A stretch of 55,636 nt of DNA from Dehalococcoidia bacterium. Its GTDB lineage: Bacteria; Chloroflexota; Dehalococcoidia; DSTF01; JACRBR01. The stretch covers positions 1 to 55,636 of the forward strand of contig JBBQVO010000002.1 of NCBI GenBank assembly GCA_038211505.1, given 5' to 3'. Made by a program: the position numbers and the translations under genes. Each line of letters opens with the position of its first letter. The stretch's first letter is position 1. The notes under the pieces were generated by a model that made no database searches, had not been told where the DNA came from, and saw only the letters and a list, made by a program, of their open reading frames with translations. Of the stretch, positions 39,268 to 48,706 are shown in pieces.

Positions 39268-40467
39268 ATGCGCCGATCCATCTTCTGGCTGCCGCTCGTC
39301 GTCGCATCGGCGATCGGTATCATCGCCTGCGGCGGCAGCGCCGCGGCGAAGCGAGCGACATCAACCGCAATCGCGAATCCGCCGGCTGACATCCGCATCG
39401 CGTCCGGCGAGCCGATCGTCATCGGCGTTTCCGTCGCGCTTTCCGGCGACCAGGCGGGCCTCGGCGCGGACATCGCCGACGCGGCCGATCTGGCCGTCCA
39501 TGACGCCGGCGGTTCGATCCGCGGCCGCACGATCAAGACCGTGCGAGTCGATGACGGCTGCACCGACGCAGAGAAAGCGCTGGCCGCGGCACGCCAGCTG
39601 ATACAAGACCCGCACGATCTTGCCGGCGTGATCGGGCCGATGTGCACGACGGGGGCGCAGGCAGCGAACAAGGTCTACGAATCCGCTCACGTCATCCACA
39701 TCACGCCGTCCGCGACGCGCGTCGAGCTAGCGCAACAGGGCGAGCGCTACTTCTTCCGCACAGCCTGGCGCGATGACGTGCAGGCGATGACGCAGTCGGC
39801 CTATGCCCGCTCGTCGCTGGCCGCCACCAGCGCTATCGTTGTCGATGACGGTGAGCCGTACGGGAAGGCGCTCGCCGATGCCTTCGAATCGGCGTTCACG
39901 GCCGGCGGTCGTGTGTCGCGCGAACGCATCGAGCGCGGCGCAACGGACTTCGGGACGATCGCCCGCAAGATCGCCTCTGCGAACCCGGATATCGCGGTGT
40001 ACGAAGGCTTCGACCCGGAGGGCGCGGGATTGTTGAAGGCCCTGCATGACGCAGGCTTCAAGGGGAAGTTCGTCGGTGCCGACGCAATTCTGAGCACACG
40101 CGACTTCATCGGCGCCGGCGCGCAGAGCGACGGCGCGATCATCACCGGCGGGCCGACACCCGACGACACGTTCACATCGAAGTTCCGCGACGCCTATCAT
40201 CGCGAGCCGACGACGCCGTTCGTGCTGCAATCGTATGACGCGATGACGGTGCTGTTGAAGACGATCGGGGTCGTTGCGCGGGATGATGGCGCTGCGATGG
40301 TGATCGACCGGACGGCGCTCGCCGATCAGCTGCGATCCGGCACGTACGCCGGCGAGACCGGCGCTATCGCGTTCGATGACAGCGGCGACCGCCGCGGCGA
40401 TACCGCGAGCGCGCTCGGTCTCACGATCTATCGCGTGGCGAACGGGCGATTTGAGGCGATCGAGTAG
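39268..40467 (+). CDS. Branched-chain amino acid (LivK-type) ABC substrate-binding lipoprotein
   Basis: Lipobox IIA-C, DDGC, VIGPMCT, ITPSAT, YFFRT, YGKALA, SYDA. Confidence 0.88.
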   Translation: MRRSIFWLPLVVASAIGIIACGGSAAAKRATSTAIANPPADIRIASGEPIVIGVSVALSGDQAGLGADIADAADLAVHDAGGSIRGRTIKTVRVDDGCTDAEKALAAARQLIQDPHDLAGVIGPMCTTGAQAANKVYESAHVIHITPSATRVELAQQGERYFFRTAWRDDVQAMTQSAYARSSLAATSAIVVDDGEPYGKALADAFESAFTAGGRVSRERIERGATDFGTIARKIASANPDIAVYEGFDPEGAGLLKALHDAGFKGKFVGADAILSTRDFIGAGAQSDGAIITGGPTPDDTFTSKFRDAYHREPTTPFVLQSYDAMTVLLKTIGVVARDDGAAMVIDRTALADQLRSGTYAGETGAIAFDDSGDRRGDTASALGLTIYRVANGRFEAIE

Positions 40468-40632
40468 CTAGGCCGCGTCTTCGAGCTGCAACTCGCTGAG
40501 CGCCAGCGCGAGCGCTTCGTTGAGGCGCCGGATCTTCTCGTCGCGGTCGTCGATCTTTCGCTGGAGATCGAGGATGCGCTGCTCGATATCAATCGGCTCG
40601 GGCTGCGTCGTTGTGGTCTCGTTATCGTTCAT
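40468..40632 (-). CDS. Small 54-aa coiled-coil protein (absent from the ORF track)
   Basis: MNDNETTTTQPEPIDIEQRILDLQRKIDDRDEKIRRLNEALALALSELQLEDAA; heptad pattern and GC-rich third positions. Confidence 0.65.
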   Translation of the reverse strand: MNDNETTTTQPEPIDIEQRILDLQRKIDDRDEKIRRLNEALALALSELQLEDAA

Positions 40633-40764
40633 CGTGCGCCGATTGTCGCACTCGCTTCTCCGCCGGGCTATCAGCGAACACCCTACATGCGTGGCGGAGC
40701 CGTGACAGTCGATACCACGTGCGAAAAGCCGCGTTCGTCAGCCTTCCGCCTCGCCTGTCAGCGC

Positions 40765-40819
40765 GAATTTGCGCCGAATTTCCCTGCGTTTTACACAACA
40801 CTCACACGCCTCCAATACG
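40765..40819 (+). promoter_or_regulatory. 11-bp-phased direct repeats upstream of the response regulator (candidate OmpR-family operator)
   Basis: GAATTT at 40765 and 40776; TTACAC at 40791 and TCACAC at 40802. Confidence 0.4.
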
Positions 40820-40875
40820 ATTCGAGCGACGATACTGTCATGAGCAAGCTCAACGCTGCCCGGAAGGACGATCGC

Positions 40876-41652
40876 ATGCCGACCACCGGCAAGTCCGCAC
40901 CAGCCGCGAAGCCCGAACCGGCGACGTTGCCGCTCGCCGGCACGCGTGCACCCGCGGCGAAGGCGAACGGCAGTGTGCTGATCGTCGACGACGACGAGCA
41001 CATCCGCGAGCTGGCGACGCTGTATCTCGAAAAAGAAGGCTACGACGTGACGCTCGCCATCGACGGGACGAGCGCGGTCGAGCAGGTGCGCCGCGGCAAT
41101 CCGAATCTCGTCATCCTCGACCTGATGCTGCCGGGGATGAGCGGCCACGATGTGTGCAAGGAGATCCGGAAAGACAACAACGTTCCGATCATCATGCTCA
41201 CTGCGCGTGATGAGGACATCGACAAGATCCTCGGCCTCGAGCTCGGCGCCGACGACTACCTGACAAAGCCATTCAACCCGCGCGAGCTGGTTGCGCGCGT
41301 CAAAGCCATCTTGCGCCGCGCCGAAACCGCCACGCAGGGCCAGGCTGCGGGACCTGTGACGCGCGTCGGCGCGCTGACGATCGACAAGCAGCGGCGCGAA
41401 GTGCACATCGCCGATCGCGAGCTCACGATGCGCACGAAAGAGTTCGATCTGCTGGCGACGCTCGCCGAAAACGCCGGCATCGTCCTCACTCGCGAGCAGT
41501 TGCTGGATCGCGTGTGGGGCTACAACTTTTACGGCGAGACCCGCACCGTCGACGTGCATGTGCAACATGTGCGCGCAAAGCTCGCCGACAGCGGCCTTGG
41601 CATCATGACGGTGCGCGGTGTCGGATATAAGCTGATCGAAGAGAAGGAGTGA
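40876..41652 (+). CDS. OmpR/PhoB family response regulator
   Basis: LIVDDD, ILDLMLPG, MLTAR, GADDYLTKPF, RTVDVHV, TVRGVGY; start could also be 40840. Confidence 0.95.
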   Translation: MPTTGKSAPAAKPEPATLPLAGTRAPAAKANGSVLIVDDDEHIRELATLYLEKEGYDVTLAIDGTSAVEQVRRGNPNLVILDLMLPGMSGHDVCKEIRKDNNVPIIMLTARDEDIDKILGLELGADDYLTKPFNPRELVARVKAILRRAETATQGQAAGPVTRVGALTIDKQRREVHIADRELTMRTKEFDLLATLAENAGIVLTREQLLDRVWGYNFYGETRTVDVHVQHVRAKLADSGLGIMTVRGVGYKLIEEKE

Positions 41653-41707
41653 CGCGCGTCGTGCGATGTGTCGGCGCCCGCGAACCGCACAGCGAACCAG
41701 GAGGCGC

Positions 41708-43219
41708 ATGCTGAGCAGCCTGCGCTCCCGGCTGATCGCCTCGTTCGTGCTGATCGTCGTGATCACGCTCGCCGCCGCCGGCGCCACACTGTACGCGCGG
41801 CTCGGCGGCTACAAAGATCAGCTGACGGCGGCGACGCTGCGGCAGGTCGCCTCGCCGATCTACTACAACCTGACGCTGAACCGCGCGCAGAACGCCGCCG
41901 ATGGCGGCGCGAAGAAGCTGCGCACCGACCTGCTCCAGTATCTGCGTCTCCAGCAGCAGGACGGCGTCACGGTGCTGCTGCTCGACGCAAACGGCAACGT
42001 CCTGCCGGAAGCGATCACCGACGACGCGCTGCTGAATGAGCACTTCGATGTGCCGCCGGCGCCTGCGCGCGGGCCTAACTTCTCGCAGCTCAAAGAGTCG
42101 AAGCACGTGACCAAGGACGGCCGTACGCTGACGTTCGTCACCGTGCCGACGCCGGCCGGCGTCCGTCTCGCGACCGGCGGCATCGCCGGCATCGTCGTCG
42201 CGCTTCCTGAGTCCGCCGGGCCCGACGTCTACGCGGAACTGCGGCAGCGGCTGTTGCTCGCCGGCGCCATCGGCCTGCTGGCGGCGGTCGTGGCGGCGCT
42301 CGTCCTCTGGGCGTCGCTGTACCGGCCGATGGGCAAAGTGACCACGGGCATCCGCGCCGTCGCGAAGGGCGACTATCGCCAGCGCGTCCCCGTCACCGGG
42401 CCGACGGAGGTGCGGCGCCTCGCCACCGACGTCAACGCCATGGCCGACTCCGTGCAGCTGTCGCAGCGTGAGTTACGCGAGTTTCTCGCGAACGTCTCGC
42501 ACGAGCTGAAGACGCCGCTCACATCAATCCGCGGCTTTTCGCAGGCGATGCTCGATGGCACGCTCGATACACCCGACGAGCGGGCGCGCGCCGCCCGCGT
42601 CATCGATGCCGAGTCGCGCCGGTTGCTGCATCTCGTCGGCGAGCTGCTCGATCTGTCGCGCATCGAATCGGGCCAGCAGGCGATGAATGTCGCCGACGTT
42701 TCCGTCCCTGAGCTGCTCGCGCACGTCCGCGATGTCTTCTCGCTTCGCACCGACGACACTGGCGTCGCGCTCGATATTCGCGCCGAGCGCGATGACGTCG
42801 TCGTCGCCGACTTCGATCGCATCGAGCAGGTGCTCGGCAATCTCATCGACAACGCGTTTCGCCATACGACGGCGGGGCGGGCGATCACCGCCGGGGCGCG
42901 GCCCGGGCCAAATGGCTTCATCGAGATCTATGTGCGCGATGAGGGCGAGGGCATCCCGGCCGCCGATTTGCCGCACGTCTTCGACCGCTTCTACCGCAGC
43001 CGCGACGAGGCGAGCGGCACTGGCGCGGGGTTGGGGCTGACGATCTCGCGCGAGATCGTGCGGGCGCACGGGGGCGAGATTCGCGCCGAATCCGCGCCCG
43101 GCGGCGGCACGACGTTCGCGTTCACGCTGCCGATCGCCTCGCGCGCGGCGCGGCAGCCCGTTGCCGATCGTCCGGGCACGGTCAGCGTCGAGCGCCATCT
43201 CGGCGACGTGCCGGGCTAG
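41708..43219 (+). CDS. HAMP-domain sensor histidine kinase
   Basis: Two TM, HAMP, NVSHELKTPL, NLIDNA, DEGEGI, FDRFYR, GAGLGL; AGGAGG RBS. Confidence 0.95.
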   Translation: MLSSLRSRLIASFVLIVVITLAAAGATLYARLGGYKDQLTAATLRQVASPIYYNLTLNRAQNAADGGAKKLRTDLLQYLRLQQQDGVTVLLLDANGNVLPEAITDDALLNEHFDVPPAPARGPNFSQLKESKHVTKDGRTLTFVTVPTPAGVRLATGGIAGIVVALPESAGPDVYAELRQRLLLAGAIGLLAAVVAALVLWASLYRPMGKVTTGIRAVAKGDYRQRVPVTGPTEVRRLATDVNAMADSVQLSQRELREFLANVSHELKTPLTSIRGFSQAMLDGTLDTPDERARAARVIDAESRRLLHLVGELLDLSRIESGQQAMNVADVSVPELLAHVRDVFSLRTDDTGVALDIRAERDDVVVADFDRIEQVLGNLIDNAFRHTTAGRAITAGARPGPNGFIEIYVRDEGEGIPAADLPHVFDRFYRSRDEASGTGAGLGLTISREIVRAHGGEIRAESAPGGGTTFAFTLPIASRAARQPVADRPGTVSVERHLGDVPG

Positions 43220-43272
43220 TCCGAACGGTTCCGTGTCCAGCTTCCACCCTAGTTCGATACTCTGACGGCACA

Positions 43273-43725
43273 ATGGAAACACGCACCGAGATTTCCGCCG
43301 GCGGCGTCGTCATGCGCGAGCGCGAGGGCGGCGTCGACATCGCGCTGATCCTGACGCACGAAGGACGCTGGCAGCTGCCCAAGGGCTGGGTCGAAGAAGG
43401 CGAGACACGCGAGCGAACGGCGATTCGCGAAGTGCGCGAGGAGGCCGGCATCGATGCCGACGTCGTCGGCCCGCTCGACACGATCGAATACTGGTACACA
43501 TCGACGTACGATCCTGAGCCGGTGCGCGTCCACAAGTTCGTCCACATGTTTCTGCTGCGATATACCGGCGGCTCGACGGACGACAACGACGATGAGGTGA
43601 TGGACGCGCGCTTCGTCGAGATCGCCGAAGCGGAGCGCATGCTCGCCTTCAAGGACGAGAAGCGGATGGTACGCATGGCGCGCGAAGCGATCGCCGGTCT
43701 AGCTCGCGATCAGGCGGACGCGTAA
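43273..43725 (+). CDS. NUDIX hydrolase
   Basis: LPKGWVEEGETRERTAIREVREEAG Nudix box. Confidence 0.93.
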   Translation: METRTEISAGGVVMREREGGVDIALILTHEGRWQLPKGWVEEGETRERTAIREVREEAGIDADVVGPLDTIEYWYTSTYDPEPVRVHKFVHMFLLRYTGGSTDDNDDEVMDARFVEIAEAERMLAFKDEKRMVRMAREAIAGLARDQADA

Positions 43726-43740
43726 GCACGACGCCTTCGG

Positions 43741-44376
43741 CTACCGGCGAGCGGATGCGGCCGACGGGCGCGGGCGGATGCGGAAGGTGCAGCACTCGTC
43801 GCCTCGGAGCAGGCTCGTGCTGAGGCGGGCGTCGGCGCCCGCGAGCTGTCGCACAAACTCGACATCGAGCGCGCAGACGGCGCTATTTCGCGTGGCGACG
43901 TTCCAGAACGGGCAGGTGTGCTTCTCGATGAGGAAGTCTTCGCCCACCCACTTCGCCTCGGCGACGTTGCTCTGATCGGCGATAATGCGGGCCGTTTCGT
44001 CGAGCCGTTCGGCAACGGGACGGCCCTCGAGCCGCGGCAGATGCGGCGCGGCGAAACGGCCGGCGACGTTCTTCATCAGTCGCTGCAGCGCGTCAGGGCC
44101 GAGAAGGCCGCGCGCCTCTTCGATCAGCCCGAGCGCCAGTTCGTCGTACTTCTTCGGGTAGATGGCGTCGCCCTGGCGGGTGAGGCGGTACATCAGCGCC
44201 GGACGGCCGACGCGACCGCGCTCTTCGCGCGCTTCGATCAGTCCGTCGCGCTCGAGGACGGTGAGGTGCTGGCGGATGCCCGTGGCGGTGAGGCCCAGAT
44301 GCGCGCCGAGATGTTTGATTGTCGCCTGGCTGTGCCGGCGCAGGTAATCGAGGATTTCTTGCCGCGTCGCCTGCAC
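43741..44376 (-). CDS. ArsR-type wHTH regulator with C-terminal Cys ligands (SufR-like)
   Basis: IRQHLTVLERDGL, GRP..MYRLT, HTCPF...VC...E...CC; TGAGGAGG RBS before GTG. Confidence 0.82.
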   Translation of the reverse strand: MQATRQEILDYLRRHSQATIKHLGAHLGLTATGIRQHLTVLERDGLIEAREERGRVGRPALMYRLTRQGDAIYPKKYDELALGLIEEARGLLGPDALQRLMKNVAGRFAAPHLPRLEGRPVAERLDETARIIADQSNVAEAKWVGEDFLIEKHTCPFWNVATRNSAVCALDVEFVRQLAGADARLSTSLLRGDECCTFRIRPRPSAASARR

Positions 44377-44460
44377 AAATCCTCCTCAGCGAAGGTCAGA
44401 TCCACTATAACACGGGTAGATTCGCGCTCGATTCGCCGCGCGTCACGCAAAGAGGCATCG

Positions 44461-45117
44461 ATGACTGACGATACTACCGACATGACAGCGATGAGCATGA
44501 GCGGCCCGAAACTCGACCGTGACCGCTTCCTGGTGAACCAGAAGCACCGCGCCTGGATGAAGACGAAGTACTACGTCTTCGACGAAGCCGGCGCGCCGCT
44601 GTTCTACGTCGAGCGGCCAGTAAAGCCGCTGCGCCGAGCCGACATCACGATCTTCGACGACGACACGCAGGCGTCGAGCGTGCTCGTGATCCGCCAGGAT
44701 CACGGCTACGCCGCGCTCAAGCGCGAGTACACGCTGTTTGCCCCGGGGTCGGATGAGCCGATCGCGCACTTCGTCCGCGACAACATCAAGTCGCTCTTCC
44801 GGCGCGCCTGGGCCGTGACGGATCCGCAGGGTCAGATGATCGCCAGCGCGCGCGAAGATACGGCGGCGATCGCCGTGATCAGGCGCGTGCTCGAATTCTT
44901 GCCGTACATCTCGATCGTCATGGGGCTCGTGCGCACGAACTTCAAACTCTTCACGGTCTCGCCAGACGGCATCGAGACGCGCGCCGGCTCGTTCGATCGC
45001 AAGATCAGCATCGGCGACAAGTACGTGCTGAACCTGAGCGAGGATCCGACGAAGCTGCTCGACCGGCGCATCGCGCTCGCGCTCGGCATCTTGCTCGACA
45101 CCGGCGAAGCGCGCTAG
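44461..45117 (+). CDS. LURP-one/scramblase-like (Tubby C-terminal fold) protein
   Basis: FLVNQK, YYVFDE, FDRKISIGDKYVL, DRRIALALGILLD. Confidence 0.7.
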   Translation: MTDDTTDMTAMSMSGPKLDRDRFLVNQKHRAWMKTKYYVFDEAGAPLFYVERPVKPLRRADITIFDDDTQASSVLVIRQDHGYAALKREYTLFAPGSDEPIAHFVRDNIKSLFRRAWAVTDPQGQMIASAREDTAAIAVIRRVLEFLPYISIVMGLVRTNFKLFTVSPDGIETRAGSFDRKISIGDKYVLNLSEDPTKLLDRRIALALGILLDTGEAR

Positions 45118-45299
45118 CGGCAGGGAACCTCGAGCGCTGTTCGCTGCGGACTGCGCACGGCTCCGCTTCGCCCGCCATCCGGTCGCAACCGACCTCACAG
45201 ATCGTGTGTCAACAGCCGATGCTGTCTACGGGGTCAGCGCGCGCGTCGGGATGCATCGCGCGTCGCCATACATCCATGCCACACGACGTCCGCAATCGC

Positions 45300-46742
45300 A
45301 TGCCGCATCGATATCTCATCGCCGCGATCGCGGCGGCGCTCGTCGCCGTCTTCGCCACCAGCGGATTCGGCGAGGCGCGGCGTACGCGCGTTCGCGCTCC
45401 GCAATCGACGATCGCGTCCCTGTCGCCGCTGCCGCCGCTGCCGGCTGGCTGGCCGGCGACGCTGCAACTCGGCATGAGCGATGGCCCCGGCGGCGCGGCA
45501 GCGATGAAGGCGACGGCGGCGTTCGACTTTCGGTATCAGTATCTCGCCGGTGGCGTCAACACAGGCAACGGCTGGGCGACCTGGAACGCGAACGGCGCCT
45601 TTGTCACGTACTACATCCAGGAGTCGATCGCCAACAACATCACGCCCGTCTTCACCTACTACCAGATGCGCCAGTCGTCGCCGGGCGACGCCGAAGCGGA
45701 AGCGACCGGCGTCTACGACAACACGCAGAATACGGCGACGATGACGTCGTACTGGAACGACCTCAAGCTCTTCTTCCAGCGCGCCGGCGCATTCCCGAAT
45801 GCCAAGACGGTGCTGCACATGGAGCCCGACTTCTGGGGCTACATGCAGCAGCGATCGACGAACGACGACGCGGCGACCGTGCCCGCCAAGGTCGCCGCGA
45901 CCGGCATGCCGGAGCTGGCCGGTCTGCCGGATAACGTCTCCGGATTCGCGCGCGCCGTCGTCAAGCTGCGCGATCTCTATGCGTCCAACGTGATCGTCGC
46001 GTATCACATGAGCGGTTGGGGGACGAACCACGATATCACGTACGAGAATCCGTCGGACACGAATGTCGACGCGTACGCCGTGCGCTCCGGCAACTTTTAC
46101 AACTCGCTACATGCCAATTTCGACATCGCGTTCACGGATCAGGCGGACCGCGACGCCGCCTTCAAGCAGTACATCTATGGCGATGGCGGCGCTTCGTGGT
46201 GGGACAGCGAGGACTATCGGCGCAGCGTCCTCTATCTCGCGCGCTTCGTCGCTGTCGCGCAGAAGCGCGTCGTCATCTGGCAGATCCCGTACGGCAACAC
46301 GAAGATGCGCGCCGTCAACAACACCTGGGGCCACTACCAGGACAACCACGTCGAGTGGCTGCTCGACGACCCGCCGCGCACGCATCTCACCGACTACGCG
46401 AACGCCGGCGTCGTGGCGTTCATGTTCGGCGGCGGCGCCGGCGGCACGACGTGCGCCTGCGATGCGCAGGGCGACGGCGTCACGAATCCGGCGCCGATCA
46501 ACGGAAACGTGGCCATATCGCTGAACGCCGACGATGACGGCGGCTATTTTCGCTCGAAGGCGAGCGCCTACTACACCGCGGGCGCGATCGTGCTGCCGTC
46601 AGGATCCGTGCCGACGCCGACGTCGACGACTACCGCGACCCGCACGCCGACGCCAACGTCCACGCAGACGCCGACCGCGACGGCCACCCGCACGCCCGAC
46701 ATCGCCGTCCCCCGCAACGAAACCATCGTCGCGCTGCCCTGA
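45300..46742 (+). CDS. Secreted putative glycoside hydrolase-like protein with Pro/Thr tail
   Basis: Signal peptide, YQYLAGG, VLHMEPDFWGY, IWQIPYGN, DDDGGY; aromatic-rich; PT linker. Confidence 0.65.
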   Translation: MPHRYLIAAIAAALVAVFATSGFGEARRTRVRAPQSTIASLSPLPPLPAGWPATLQLGMSDGPGGAAAMKATAAFDFRYQYLAGGVNTGNGWATWNANGAFVTYYIQESIANNITPVFTYYQMRQSSPGDAEAEATGVYDNTQNTATMTSYWNDLKLFFQRAGAFPNAKTVLHMEPDFWGYMQQRSTNDDAATVPAKVAATGMPELAGLPDNVSGFARAVVKLRDLYASNVIVAYHMSGWGTNHDITYENPSDTNVDAYAVRSGNFYNSLHANFDIAFTDQADRDAAFKQYIYGDGGASWWDSEDYRRSVLYLARFVAVAQKRVVIWQIPYGNTKMRAVNNTWGHYQDNHVEWLLDDPPRTHLTDYANAGVVAFMFGGGAGGTTCACDAQGDGVTNPAPINGNVAISLNADDDGGYFRSKASAYYTAGAIVLPSGSVPTPTSTTTATRTPTPTSTQTPTATATRTPDIAVPRNETIVALP

Positions 46743-46764
46743 GACGCTTTGGTACGATTGCCGC

Positions 46765-46965
46765 ATGTGCAGAAGCATCAAGACCCTGCGCCGCGTCGAC
46801 GAGCCCGCGACTGAGGACGAGATCCGCGCCGCGGCACTGCAGTTCGTCCGCAAGGTCAGCGGCTACCGTCAGCCCTCGCAGAAGAACGCCGAAGTCTTCG
46901 ACGGCGCCGTCGACGAGATCAGCGACGCCTCCCGCCGGCTGCTCGAAGCCCTGGCGAAGCGCTGA
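46765..46965 (+). CDS. DUF2277 family protein
   Basis: MCRSIKTL...ATEDEIRAAALQFVRKVSG. Confidence 0.88.
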   Translation: MCRSIKTLRRVDEPATEDEIRAAALQFVRKVSGYRQPSQKNAEVFDGAVDEISDASRRLLEALAKR

Positions 46966-46990
46966 TCGGCGTTCGGAAGGGAAGCGAAGC

Positions 46991-47016
46991 GGAACATCTC
47001 GCTGTTCCTCGGCGTC
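46991..47016 (+). promoter_or_regulatory. Candidate ECF-sigma promoter
   Basis: GGAAC-N17-CGTC, 8 nt before ATG 47025. Confidence 0.5.
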
Positions 47017-47024
47017 GTAGTGGC

Positions 47025-47666
47025 ATGAAGATCGCATGGCTGGCGACGCTCGTCTTCGGAGTCTGTCTGACGATGTCTTGCGGCGGAGACGTGCGCAGGG
47101 AATGCGCGAACGGTGCGGCGTGCGCCCCGGCTCACACCACGACACGCGACTGCGCAACTGGCGCGGCGTGCTCCATCGTGACGCCCGTCAGCCCGAGGCC
47201 CGCCCCCACCGCCGATACGCCAGCGCCGTATCCGACGGCGACGCCGGGCTCGCCACTGCCCGCTAGCCCGACGCCGAATGGCATCACACCGACCGTGGGC
47301 GCAGCCATCGCGCTAGGCCCGCCGGCAACCGACACGCCCACCGCGATCCCGATCGATCCATCGCACAGAACCGGCATTGCCGGTTACGTGACGCTCGGGC
47401 CGACGTGCCCGGTGCAGCGGATCGATAGTCCGTGCCCCGATCGGCCGTATGCGGCGACGTTCGAGGTGCGCAATGCAGCCGGCGATCGCGTGGCCGAGAT
47501 TCAGTCAGGCGACGATGGGCGCTTTTTCATCGCGCTGCCGCCGGGCTCGTACGTGCTCGCGCCGCAATCATCGAACGTTTATCCGCACGCCCAGCCCCAA
47601 ACCGTGACGGTCGTCGATGGGCAGGTGGCGGCGGTCCCTATCGTGTACGACAGCGGCATTCGTTAG
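47025..47666 (+). CDS. Lipoprotein with Pro/Thr linker and carboxypeptidase-regulatory-like beta-sandwich
   Basis: Lipobox TMS-C, GPTCPV...PCPDRP, DGRFFIALPPGSY, YDSGIR. Confidence 0.78.
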   Translation: MKIAWLATLVFGVCLTMSCGGDVRRECANGAACAPAHTTTRDCATGAACSIVTPVSPRPAPTADTPAPYPTATPGSPLPASPTPNGITPTVGAAIALGPPATDTPTAIPIDPSHRTGIAGYVTLGPTCPVQRIDSPCPDRPYAATFEVRNAAGDRVAEIQSGDDGRFFIALPPGSYVLAPQSSNVYPHAQPQTVTVVDGQVAAVPIVYDSGIR

Positions 47667-47680
47667 GCCGAAGGCCCCTC

Positions 47681-47733
47681 TTGCAATCGACGGGCGGCGG
47701 TGCGACACTACGGTTCTCATAGACGTGACCGAT
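47681..47733 (+). promoter_or_regulatory. LysR gene promoter with T-N11-A box
   Basis: TTGCAA-N17-GACACT followed by ATAG-N7-CGAT at 47719-47733. Confidence 0.5.
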
Positions 47734-47782
47734 ACTTCAGGCGCATCTCCGCCCGGCACGGGCGTCACCAGCGGGGCATTTT

Positions 47783-48703
47783 GTGGACCTCGGACAGGTC
47801 GAGGCGTTCGTACAAGTCGCCCAGCACCGCTCCTTCAGCAAGGCGGCGGACGCGCTGTTCCTTACGCAACCTTCGGTGACGGCGCGCATTCAATCGCTCG
47901 AACGCGATCTCGGCGAATCGCTCTTCGAGCGCAACGGCCGGGGCGTCCGGCTGACGGAAATGGGCGGCGCGTTCCTGCCGTTCGCCCGCCGCGCGCTCAA
48001 AGCGCTACAAGAGGGTCGCGACGCGCTTGAGGGCATGCGTAACCTCGACATCGGATCGCTGAAGCTCGGATCAGCACTGACGGTGAGCACCTACGTGCTG
48101 CCGAAGATCCTCAAGAAATACTGTTCGACGTACCCCGGCGTCGAAGTCAGCGTGCACACCGGGCGATCGGAGCAGGTGCTGCAGATGGTGTTGTCGGACG
48201 ACGTGCACTGCGCGCTGGAGCGGACGGTGCATCATCCCGAGATCGTGACCGTGCCGCTGTACGAGGACGATCTCGTGCTCGCCGTCGCGCCATCGCATCG
48301 CTTCGCGCGCACGCGATCGGCGGCGATCGACGACGTCGGGCGCGAGCAGCTGATCCTGTTCGACAAGGGGTCGTCGTACAACCAGCTGATCCAGGGCGTC
48401 TTCCGCCAGCACGGCATCGTGCCGCACACGCTCATGGAGCTCGATACGATCGAGGCGACGAAGAAGATGGTCGAGGAGGGCCTCGGCATCGCCCTGTTGC
48501 CGACGGTCTCGACCGGACGTGAGTTCGAGCAGGGCACCCTCGTCGCGATCGATATCCCCAACGCCGCGATGCCACGGCGCGAGATCTCGCTGATCTTCCG
48601 CAAGAACCGCAAGCACACGCGCGCCGTCACGGCGTTCTTCACACTGCTTGCCGATCTGTATCACGCGCCGCTACCGGAAGCGGCGCTGCTTGGCGTGGCG
48701 TAG
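47783..48703 (+). CDS. LysR family transcriptional regulator
   Basis: SFSKAADALFLTQPSVTARIQSLERDLG, LFER, VRLT. Confidence 0.95.
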   Translation: MDLGQVEAFVQVAQHRSFSKAADALFLTQPSVTARIQSLERDLGESLFERNGRGVRLTEMGGAFLPFARRALKALQEGRDALEGMRNLDIGSLKLGSALTVSTYVLPKILKKYCSTYPGVEVSVHTGRSEQVLQMVLSDDVHCALERTVHHPEIVTVPLYEDDLVLAVAPSHRFARTRSAAIDDVGREQLILFDKGSSYNQLIQGVFRQHGIVPHTLMELDTIEATKKMVEEGLGIALLPTVSTGREFEQGTLVAIDIPNAAMPRREISLIFRKNRKHTRAVTAFFTLLADLYHAPLPEAALLGVA

Positions 48704-48706
48704 AGC

